The translations under genes and the position numbers were made by a program. A stretch of 63,176 nucleotides of DNA, the filler included. It is 3 parts of 3 records of this genome, joined end to end, with 100 filler letters (N's around TTAATTAATTAA, not from the genome) between each part and the next. Parts side by side here need not be neighbours in the genome. Positions count along the whole stretch, not along the records: positions 1 to 26,975 come from SRR2962707_772; 2 more parts are not named here. One strand, given 5' to 3'. Position 1 is the first letter of the stretch. Every line of letters starts with the position of its first letter. Below, piece after piece: positions 1 through 12,200 of the stretch. A model generated the notes under the pieces. It ran no database searches. It saw only the letters and a program-made list of their open reading frames with translations, and had not been told where the DNA came from.

Positions 1-282
1 CCTGTCTCAATCACGAATGGTTGCAACCTCTTAAAATAAATAAAAAAACATGATTGCATTCCAAGCAACGACACGCAAAAATGAAAACGGGCTGCTCTGC
101 TCTCCCACAACCCACCGGGTATTGGGCACGTTGCAACCAAGACGCAACCGTAAGCAAAACACGTTCAACAGGCAGCGCGAATAATTCAGGACGTATTGGA
201 AATTTCGCTATTCATATTATTTTAAAATCGATGAGAAACCCTTGGTGGTTTAATTTTGTGCGAGTCGCTTCAACATAGCACT

Positions 283-3200
283 CTACACGCGTTCAGTTGC
301 GGAGGCAGTCAATCCCTCTTCGTCCTTGGGAACGGCAGACTCCAACGTGACAAAGTTCGGGCGGCTGAACACCCCGTGTAGCGGCTCACAGTCGAAGTAC
401 CGTTTGCCTCCATTGATGACAGTGCCATCACAGCTTCCATCTGGATCATCAAGTTCAACTCCGACGTAAACGTCATCTGTCGGCAACTCGTCCAGCGGGC
501 CAATGTATCGAACAAAACCGTATTTGAACCCATCACACATAACACGGGAGCCAACTGTCATTGTGAATCCGTCCGCGTCCTTGGCCGTGACTGCGACTGG
601 CGTCTCGGGCTCAACGGTTTGCGCGGCAACTCGGGCTTGAAGTACCTCGACGGATTCACCCTGCGAGCTTTGCAGTTGCCTCTCTTCGCGATGCAATTTT
701 TCGGGAGATACCTTTTCAGAGTGTTTCCCTTCTGCGCGCACACCACGTCCACCACGCTTGTGACGCTTCGGCAGTTTCTCTGGCTCTTCGTCCACATCAT
801 TATCGCCTGATCGCGAATGCGGGCCAGCTTCCACGGAATGCCCAGGCTGCACCTTCGTTTTGGCCTGATTTTTCTTACGGAGGACAACAAGCACAACCAG
901 AACCACGATGACAACAACAGCCACTCCGGCAACAGAAGCCCCAACTGCAATGGCAGTTTGTTCACTTAGTTGTCCATCTGGGTTCTGGCTCAGGTCCGAA
1001 AATTCGGAGGAATTGCATTGCACAAGACCATCTCCTTCATAACCTTCAATGCAAGAGCACGAATAGCTGCCGACATCGTTGGTGCACACTGCGTTCTCAA
1101 CGCAGACATCAATGACGGAAGCACACTCGTCAACATCGTTCTCGCAGTGGCGGCCTGTGTACGTTGCCGGGCACACGCACACATAATCTGATACATCATC
1201 CACACAAGAGCTCTCATGTAGGCAAGGGTTTGATGCGCAATCGTCGATGTTGACGCATAGCCCATCCACCAGCTCAAAGCCTTCGTTGCACACACATGCA
1301 TAGCTTCCAAAGGTGTTATTGCACGAAGAGTTTGGAGTACACGAAAACAATGAATCGTCGACACATTCATCAACATCATCACTGCACGTCCGCCCATTCC
1401 ACGCTTCCGGGCAAGTGCAAGTGTATCCCAAATGTGCATCGGCGCAATCACCTCCATGCTCGCATGGAGAGGAGCCACACTCGTCAATTTCAACACACGC
1501 GCCGCCAATTAATTCGTAGCCGTCGTCACAAATACACTCATACGAGCCCATCGTGTTACTACATGTCGAGAACTGCATGCAAGAAAACAACGTCACGTCT
1601 GAGCATTCGTTTACGTCTGCTTCGCAGGTCAAACCAGTCCACTGTGGAGGGCATGCGCACGTGAACGCAAGATGCGCATCGGAGCAGCTGCCGCCATTGA
1701 GGCACGGGTCGGAGCCACACTCGTCGAAACTTTCGCACCGCTCATCCGCAGTGGAGTTGAAGAAGCCCTCGTCACAGTCACACTCGTATCCACCATAAGC
1801 ATTGATGCATGTGGCGTTTTCAGGACAATCAAAAGAAGTTCCAGTGCACTCGTCCACATCCTCAGCGCAGGTTTCGCCTGAAAACTTGGTCTCGTCGCAA
1901 GCGCATTCGTAGCCCAGGAGCAGATCAGTGCATGTGGCATCCCCGTAACACGGATTGCTCGCACAGTCGTCAATATCTGAGCAAGTGAAGCCATCGCCTT
2001 CGAATCCAGGATGGCACATGCAGTAAAAAGAGCCAATCGTGTTGGTGCAATTGGCATCGGGTGAGCAAGGGGAAGCCAAGCATTCATCAACATCCAAGTC
2101 ACAGTCCGACCCTGTGAAGTTGGCAGGACAGTTGCACGAGTAGCTGTTGATGGAATCGAAGCATACACCTCCATTTTGGCATGGCTCCACGGAACATTCG
2201 TCAATTTCCGAGCATTCAAACCCATCACCTGCAAATCCGTCAAGGCACTCGCACGCGAAAGAGCCATTGTGATTGGTGCACGTTGCGTTTTGGTGGCAGG
2301 GAGCATCCTCAAAACATTCGTCGACGTCTTGGTCACAGATTGCCCCTTCCCACTGGTTTGGACAAGCACAAGTGAAATTGTTGAACAAATCGGTGCAATT
2401 ACCACCATTTTGGCACGGATCAGCTGCACACTCGTCGATCTCCGAGCACACAACTCCATCCCCTTCGTAGCCAACGTTGCAGGCACATTCATAGCCTCCA
2501 TTCGTATTATTGCAATGTGCCAAGTACAAATGGCAAGGATAGCCGTCAAAGACACCAAAAGCACACTCATCAACATCGTCACTGCAATACTCTCCTTGGT
2601 ACTCTTCGATACAGTCGCACGTGTATCCCAGCACTGCATCCACGCACGTGCCGTGCATGCACGCGTTATCAGCACAATCATCAACATTCACCTCGCAAGT
2701 AGCGCCTTCGAACCCCGTATTTTCACAGTCACAGGAGAAGTTGCCGACAAGGTCGATGCAAGCACCGCCATTCAAGCAAGGGTTTTCAGCGCACTCATCA
2801 ATATCAACTGAGCAATCATCACCTTCGAAACCGGGCAAACAAGTACACTGTTGCCAGCAGTCCCCGGCCGAGCGGCAGGCGGAGTCGCAGTCAGACGTTG
2901 TGGTAATGTTGCATGACCCCATTCCGCCATTAGTCGCGCAGAAATCAACCTGTGAGCCACAGCGTTTGCCGTATAAGCCACCTCCACAGTCACACGAGAA
3001 GTCATTGACAACCGGGGTACTGCACGGACGCCCATTGAAGCAGGTGGCTTCGCCTTCCGTGATGAAGCCGACTTGGCATTCGTCAATGTCGACACACGTT
3101 TCACCGTCACCAGTGTATCCATCGCGGCACCTGCACGAAAAATTCCCGAATGAATTGGTGCAGCGGGCGTTGGCATCACATGAGTGCGTGCCAGTTGAGC

Positions 3201-6200
3201 ACTCATTGACGTCTGCGGAGCAATTTTTATTCTCAAACCCGTCGACGCATGTGCACGAGTAGTCGCCAATGGAATTCACACAGGTTGCACCGTTCTCGCA
3301 AAAGCCGAACTTGCAATTGTCGATGACGTCGCAGATGCTGGTGCGCCCAATGAAATTAAACACACATTCATAGCCGAAGTCAATCTGGCAGTTCGAGCAA
3401 CCATCCCCGTCCTCGTTGTTGCCGTCGTCGCATTCCTCGTCCGTAGTTCGTTGTCCGTTGCCGCAAATAAAAACGGGCTGAACATACTCAACTGATGAGG
3501 ACTGCTCAGCGTTGGGGTCATCCGAAGGCCCTTCGCCGGCGCTTACGTTGAAAACAGGCTGAGAAAATTTCGTTGTGGCAACGGAGTCAGGTTTGATGGG
3601 GTACCCCACGTCCATGGTGCCATTCCCAGCCGAGCCAACGAAGCCATCGAGGAACGAGGTCTTCCAACTTTCTTCTTCCGGGTCACTCGTTGTAGTTGGC
3701 GCAGCAGTTGACATGAGCATTGTCGATGGCACAAGAGTAGTGATATTGGAGTAGTTGTAGTTCAAGATAACGCGACTCTCGTTAGCCGGGTCCAAAACGT
3801 AAAAAGTCCCCTTTTCATCCAAAAACTGGCAAAACTCGCCACTCGACCCAATCTGGCACCGGCATGTTCCCTTCACACACACCCCAAAATTGTGGCAAAC
3901 CACATCGGCACACTGGTTCGGGGCGGCAATTTCAAACTGCAAGTCCGACTCATCAGTAACATTCCAACCAGAGCCGTTGGAGAGTCGACGCCGGTCGGCC
4001 TGCCCTTGCCCAGGAACAATGTTTGTCGTCTTGATGCGCTCCGGATTGATGAGCAGCACGGACGCCATATTTTCAACAAAGATGTCATCCTCAAAAAATT
4101 GCTCAACCGTCACCGCTACTGTCAGTGACACTCGAATCATTTCTGTTTGAATCATGTACAGAGGCGTTGAAGCGGACACGGTAACCAGAAGCATCTTTGA
4201 GATACGGTCGTAAAACCAAGTGCCGTGAGGTCGGCCAGGGTAGACAGTGTCTTTGTAGGCTTCCTCGAAGAGAGTTTCGCCTCCATGACCGTGCAAATTC
4301 ACCATGAAAGGCGTCGACAAGAAAATGCGCAAGACGACGCTCTGACCTTCCTTGATCCACGGTGCATGAATGGCCATTTCTTCCGGGGCAGTGCCTGTGA
4401 AATCGAGTCGATACTGCATTGAATTTTGCATGATAGTTCTGAAGATATTCTGGACTCCTGTAGCGGTCAGCTCAGTGCCAAGAGGCTCAGCGAGACCATT
4501 CAGGATATCAGTTGCAAACGGCCCTTCGTCGTCGTCGAGAAGCCCAATTTTGTCGCCAACCACTGTCACACCGAGCGGGCCAACTCGACGCTCTGCGTTC
4601 GAGCCGCCGTCAAACAGGTCAATCAACCACACATCAACATAATCCATTCCTGAACCGCAAATAATACCATTCTCGGTGAGATCGGAGTTGGAAGAACACT
4701 GGTCTCCGTTCCAATCGAACCCATCATTGTCTTGCAGAATGCCTTGTTCGTTCGGATTCCAGACTGCATGATCATAGATACGGGGCTGGTCTTTCATCCA
4801 CCAAAAGCACCCCTGTTGTTGTTGAGGGTTGGCTGATTGGCACGCGGAGGCCACAGTAGGATACCACGTCTGTTGATCGGGGATAAAGGTCACCATGTCA
4901 CCATCGCTGGCGCCACCATAAGTTAGCGTGCCATCGATGTCCTCGACGTAGCAGCGACTCCAGAAGTCGCAACGGAATTTGCCACACAACGTGTAGCCCA
5001 AAATCCCAGGCTCTTCCTCATAGCGCATCTTTGTGGCGTCCAAGGATGCTTGGTCGAGGTAGCGTGTGTTCTCGAAATATGCGGGAAAGCAGCCTCCTGG
5101 GTAGTCACCCATGGTTGTGACCATCGATGACCCGGAATTACCCATCCGACCGAAGACGATCCCAGTGGCGTCAATACGTGCAGCATGAAATCCTTCACGT
5201 GCTCTGTGTTTTTCAAGACCAGCTGACACATCTGACGGGTACAAGTTACCAAGAACTAAGGTGTTCTTGATGCTGCGCACAGTCGGGACCCGACTCATAT
5301 CACCGGTTCCGGTATTTTCGTAATGCCAATCAGGAGTAACTCGCTGCGCCCGCTCGCACTTGGAATCAGCGGCAAACTGTACAGCCAGATTATTCGCAGC
5401 AAATACAGTGCCGTCAAAAGTAGGCTCAGCAAAGAAGTTGAAAAAGGCGCCCACGTTATTGCCCCACGCAACGTCGTTGTAGACGTGCGCTGTATTTTGG
5501 TATGAAAACCCAAACAACGAACAAGTTCCCGTGTTACGGTCCACGTTGCGGCCAGTTTTACCCGCAAAGAGGAAGCCAAAGTTGGTGGATCCAGCGGCAT
5601 AGTTATCTTGGATCTTGGCGCCAGAGGTCATTTGAAGGAAGTTAAAAATACCTTCCGGCTCCAGCAAATCAAAATCTTTGACATCTTGGTCAACGCCCAT
5701 GTTGTGAACGACGTCTCCGACTTGTCGGCCTTCGTACTTCCATGCCCACATGGTGTGCGCAACGTTGTGCTTCCAAGTGTGGGCGCTGAGACCTTCCAAA
5801 CCGTCAATAGGACCCACTTCGCCGCCTGCCAGCCCACCACGGAAAGAGCAATTTGAGACTTCGATTGGATCAGCAATGTACAGTTCTTTCACTGGGCACC
5901 CTGGGTCCCGGGTCGGGTTGGTGCACATAGTCATACTGGACTCCACAAACAAAGGCTCAACATTGCGCTTGCCCCAGCGCCGGATTTCCACATTCGTGAG
6001 CTTGACACTTGCATGCGCATAACGGAAAAAGCCTCGGCCTTCAATGTACCAGTCGCGAGTTCGCCCAGTCACATGGCTATTGTCGATCTCAGTCGGGCCA
6101 ACCACGATTGTCACGCCATACTTGCGGCCAAGAGTCTGCAGTTGAGACACAATACGAACATTATGTGACAGGAGACCAACGGCAACTCGCAGATCCACAA

Positions 6201-9200
6201 ATTCAACATGCGAGCTGTTAAACTCGGACGTAATGGTTTGAGCTTCCCCAACTCGGTTGTATTCGAGCGGCTCGTTGAACGAAACGACCTTGCGATCTTC
6301 CGAGACCTCCGTAATGGTACGAATTTCGAATGTGTCTTTTTCCCAGCAAGCAACGTCTGGGCTATTGCCATTTGCCAGCAAGATGTCGTCTCCGACCTCC
6401 CAAGACACCGGCGATTCTAGGGTGATGGACGTGTCTCCGATAAAAGAATTTGCGCCCAAGTACAGCCACGACTCAGCCGTATCCTTACCAAACAGATGGA
6501 GGTCACCATGCACATTGATGACCTGATCACCTGTTGTGTCGACGTCTAAAAGCTCGGTCTCGCCAAATTCGTTCGTAACCTCAACGGCTCCATCGGCGCC
6601 CAACATATTGATAGTTGCGTCGTTCAAATACGGGTGGCTCGCGTTTCCTGCGCGAATGGCACCGCCGTAAACGTTCAAAACTCCAACATTCAGTGCAGGC
6701 TTCGCCAGGAACCACTGGCAGCCGGAGATTGCTTCACAACTGAAGCGGTTGGTGCCATCAGAACAGACGGAAGCATCTAACTCATCATCAGCATCGTCAG
6801 CGATGGTGCAATTGGGCACTGGATTCCAGAACTCGAACGTTCCCTTCACAGACAGAGAGGCTAAGTTCGCAGTTTCGACGTCAAGAATCACATGCCATTT
6901 GCTTGGAATGGTGATGTCCTCGCCGTCGACGGGCACACCATGGTGGTAGTTGTTCTGCTGCCAAGCGGAGTCGTCTGACCAAAAGAAGACGGACGGGTTC
7001 ACGAACGGCTCCCACTCGCCCGAGGCCGGACAACCCTCGCGAGGGCATTTGTCAGCAGGGCCAATCACAGAGTGTGTGTCGCGGAACGCAGAGAGAGTTG
7101 CCCACGCTCCAGTACTGCCAATGTCATTGACAGTATCGTTGTTGAAAGGAATGAAACGAAGATGCTGATCCTGAGGACCATTCATGGCGCTGCCAAAGTA
7201 AATTTGGTCCAAGCCGCCAGAGATGCTATTCTTGATGTTGGTGACGTTCACTGCCACTTGTCGGGAAGAGGCGTCCATCTCGGCCATGGCCAATCCGTCA
7301 GCCACGAATGCAACATACAACTCAACCGCTTCAGTCGCATTGCCAACCCTCTGAGCCTCGTCCGGGTTGCTAGGGTCCGAGCACATAAAACTTGCACAGC
7401 GAGCGAGGCCCCAAAAGCTCTCAGAGACTTGCAGTGCGATAGGCGTGAATCCCTCAACTTTTGACGTTGTTGCAGGGTTGTTCAATTGAGTCCAGACGTT
7501 TGCAGGAGCGCCTTCTCGATCTACATATACCATCTTGAGCATGTAACTTCGGTCTGAGTTTCGCCCTCCTTCCTCAAGGAGTGCCACGTCAGCGAACGCA
7601 TCACGCTTAGGGTTGTTTTGCATGTATTCAGCTTGCATAACAGGTTCCAAAGCTGTCTCACGGAAAATGCGAACCCACCGTGCTGGCGGGATCGTCAACA
7701 GCTGGGAGACACTGTCGACTTTGCTTCGGCATTTTGCATCCAGCTCCACGTGCAGTGCAGCAGCTTGCGTTTCAGCCATGCAAACCACTTCGTCACCAAC
7801 CACCGGCGTGCATTCTTCGCCGCTGAAAGCACCCGCATCGATGGCACTCATGCAGGTGAAGCAGTCGTCGATATCAACACATTCACGATTTAAAACGGTA
7901 CGCGCAGCTGTGGCGCGCTTGCCGGAAATTTTGTAGTCGCTGGTGACTCGATTGTCAAATGCATCCAGCATCTTAAGGTTGCAATCAGCACTTAGCGTGT
8001 CGTAGGTCCATAGCATGCAGCCGAAAAAGTTTGTGCACATGTCACAGCATTCAGCGGCATCGGCGACGTTGGCAACTTCCATCAAGTCGTATCCCATGTA
8101 ATCGACGGCCATCTCGCCTTCGCAGGCTCCAATTTGGTCGGGGGGAGTAACTGCAGTTAGCGACTCAAATTGCAGCATGAGTTCGACGTTCGAGTGGGTG
8201 GCAGGGATCTGCTGACGCCAGGCTGCTGCAGCATTCTCGGCGTTCAAATGGCGCGAATGCACCCGGAAGTCGTCCAACTCCATGGCGGTCGCCATTAGTT
8301 CCCATGCGACAACTGTCGAGCCCGCACCTCCAACACGAGCAGTTACAACAGTGTCCAACGGAGCTACAAAAGGCGATGGCCTTTCAACCAAGTTTGGCTG
8401 GGGGAGAGAGTTGTAGAACACGTCCAGTTTCTCGTTACTACTGTCGTAAGCAGCCACCACGTGCACCCACTGGCCGATTGGCAACGGTGGCGCAACGAAG
8501 GACGACGTCGGTTCGTAGATATAGTCAAGTTTCATCCCAGTGACATTGACGGTCCCGAAAAATATTTGCGTTCCATCCAAGACGGAGAGAACGCAATCAG
8601 TGTAATCTTCGGAGGTAATCTCGAACTCTAACGATACCGTCTGCCATGCGCCGGCTTCGACCAAGTCACTCAGAGTCTGCGATGTCGTGATAGTAGCTGC
8701 CAGCCCAGCTGATGTGTACAGTTCGATCGCAAGAACCGGCACCGCGTCAGTTTCGGTGGCATCCAGTTGACTATCAGCGTTGACCAGTACCGTGGCAACA
8801 TATTGTCCCGGAAGACTCTGGAAATTCGAGGCTTTAACCCGGTACTCAACTTCATCGGTTTCCGCGGTGAAAGAATCAAACATGACGCATGAGTATGAAT
8901 CGTTTACTCCATCAAATGTCAAACCATGGCATTGGTCGGCAATCACACCCACGAGACTAGCCCCGCGTCCAGTGTAGACATCGTCAAACGCCAAAACATC
9001 AATGGTAACAGCATTTTGAATTGGGTCAGCACCATCATTAACAAGGTCAACCCGAAGCTCGCCACCAGAGTAAGGCTGTGTGCATGCCTTCGGTTGCGAC
9101 AGCGGGTTCCAGATCAGGGCATCGCTGCAGTCGTCGGCTGTACACGACGTGTCAACATAATCGCCTGAAAAAATCTCACTGTAAAGGTCTTCGGCAGGGC

Positions 9201-12200
9201 AGAAATGATGCTGTGCCTGGGACACAAAGTTAATCGTAGAAGCTCCTCCATGGAGACTTGCAACATGGGTTTCAGCACCGTGATCACGCCCACCCATGCG
9301 CACCCAGAAATCGACAGACCAATCAGCTCCAAGCGCCACATCCCCTGTTACAATCGAAGCTTCAGCTTCTGCACCATTAAAAGCCGCAACTCCTGTTCCA
9401 GATTTAGGATACTTTTCCTCCGAAATGTCATAAGCCCCGTCGTGAACGGCGGCACCATATGATGACGACCTTGGGACACGGGCGTAGCATCCTGACGGTA
9501 CAATGTGAGTCGCAGCGCCATCATAGCAACATCCGAGGGCCTCCTCGCACGTGATAGGATTCACACCTTCCCACGCGCAATCAACGACCTCCCCCTCAGC
9601 AAGGGCAAGGCCAATGTCACAAATATCAGCCGTTGCTGACTTGATGTGATTAATTTGAGCGGCACCCGTGTCGTCAGGGAAATTTGTGTACTCGAGAGTG
9701 AGGAACAAAGGCGCAGCATCCGGCCCGACAGGGACAGGGAAGGAGTCCCCTGGCCCGTTGTCGCCCATTGTGTAGCGCACTTCCTGTGCCAACTCTTCGG
9801 CCTCCGTCAGGGTAGCGTCTTCCCATTTAAACTTGATGCCCATTTCTTTGCCAACAGGCATGACAGTTGTCCAGAAATTTTGCGGATTCTGACAAATTCC
9901 CGTCATGTACCACGGATCCGTAACATTCGTCTCCATGTCCCGAATCTGAAGCATGTGTCCTTGTTCGTGAAGCACACTGTGGCCAAAAACAACACGTTGG
10001 AACTCGTGAGTGCATGCAGCAACGTCCCCCAGCCCGGATAAGTCGCTGGGCCCCATACAGGCGGGGTCAGCCTCGCGAATCGGCGATGAGCCAACGATAT
10101 CTACCTTGATGCCTGCACCTGACACTGAACCATCAAGATCCTTGATGATGGCACGATGCGCCTCCCCAAACTTGTTGAAGCCGCCCACGCGATGATCCAC
10201 GTTAAAAACAGACATCCCACTCATGACAATGTGGTGAGACGATCGACCGTGATCACTCCACGTGCAGCAGCCAACAGCCGTGGCAAAGTTGACAGCTGTG
10301 AAGTTTTCAACAACCATGCCGCCCTTATTACCGGATATAAGAATTCCGGCAGGATTTTCCTCGTCCATTCCCGTCGTCTGAAATTTGTTTGTGAGACGGA
10401 AGAACTCAATATGACGAATCCCAACGAGGTTGCTGCCGCACGTCGCCGGCTGGCTTGAACCGGGCACGTACGGCGAGTTCGGACAGTTACCTGCCTCTGA
10501 ATCAAACGACTCGGTCAGTTTAACTGCGATAAAGCGGGCGTGCCTCCCATAGAGGTCAATTTCCACCGCGTCCGTGTAATTATCGTCACCGGGACCTGCA
10601 GGCATTGTGGCCGTGATGAATTCCTCGGAGTACCCTTCAGCGTTGAAGGGGCGCCCAGGTTCGTTTGCGTCTGCCCACCCGAAATAAATTTCGACTTCTG
10701 CTGCCCCGTTACCGGGGTGATCGGCATCGTTGTAATTCCACAGCTTCATGTATGACAGATCAATGCCTGACTTGAGATCCATGGTCATCCACGCGACGTC
10801 GGTAAACTCCTCACGGTCGTACGCGCAGGCAGTTCCAGTTTCCATACCAACGCAGGCAAATGTTGTGCGGGCTGTTGCATTAGATCCGAACGTGTCGATC
10901 AAATACTGAACCTCCCAATCGGACGACGCAATGCAAACAAGATTGGCATCGCAATGACCAGCAACTGATCTGTTCACCAGCGCTTTGTGTGTGGTGGTCC
11001 AGCCACGGCCAGTCTGGTTGCCATCGCATGCCTTCAAACGGGCGTCACCGACGACATCAGGGACAGTCCAGCGGCAGTTCTGCTGAAGGGCATTACCAAC
11101 CGAGTTGTTGGCAAGACTGCTCGCATACGAGTCAGCACGGCCTTCAAAAGACATGACGTTGAAAAACTTTGTGTGCAATGTCGCATTGTTGGGCGTGATG
11201 CCTACTGTGAGAGCATTGCTGATCACCATACCATCTCCGTAAGCCCAATATTCGAAGGCGGCGTTTCGTGAATCCAAGAAGCGGAAATTCTCAAGCGTGA
11301 CATGCGAAAGTGTGTCACAAACGTCGCCGTCTGTGCACGACATCCACATTCCAGCCATGGACTGTTTCCATCCAAGGAAACCGTCGAAAATGGCCTGCAC
11401 AGGAGTCACTGACTTGCAATAGAACCCGTCCAGGCGGGGCGTCATGTCTTGCAGCTTCAGACCATACATTCCTGTCGAGTGGCCGATATTGTTGGAGAAA
11501 GCACCAAGTGGAACCTCGTCAGGGCAATACAAACTTGTTTCCGACAAGCCGTCAGGGTGATCCAACGGACGATACCAGAACCCGAAGTGCGAACTCCCAG
11601 CGGCAACATTGTTGCGCAAATAGTTGCCTGGATTAACAACCCAGTAACTGGCCGGCGTCTGGTCGACAGTCAACAGCGAAAACAGTGGTTGCGTTAGCAC
11701 TGCTAGGTTCCCCTGAATGACGTTGCCCATCTCAACACCATCTTCCAAGAAAAATGTTTGGCCTCGAATGTCATAAACGACATTATTCTCCAACAACACA
11801 TCCGACACACCATGGACAGCCACCGCGCGGTTGAAAGAGTGATGGATGGCACACTTTTTGACATAAGAACCTTCAACAGAACCAACCATGTGGTAGTGCA
11901 CAGCATAGCGCCCCAAGAAAAAACCTTGGCCGGCATCTCTGACTTCGACATTGGACAGTCGGCCAAACAGGGTTTGGTCGCCAGCGGAGTGCATGAAAAT
12001 CGTGGCGCCAAACTGAATATCGGTGGTTTGATCGTCACCTCGAACAACGACATTGCGTGTCAACAAACCAACTTCAGCAGACATTTCGGGCATCTCCAAC
12101 CCGTCGTGGGGTGTTCCAGGAGCGATAACAGTGTACCCTGCTCCCCAGTGGTCGTAGTACAGCGCCTCTGTGAGGTGGATGCGGCTGCCATCGTGTGTCA

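Noticed and set aside
283-300. C-terminal ...TERV as a class I PDZ-binding motif
   Set aside because: Position -2 is Glu, not Ser/Thr; at best a weak class III-like match.
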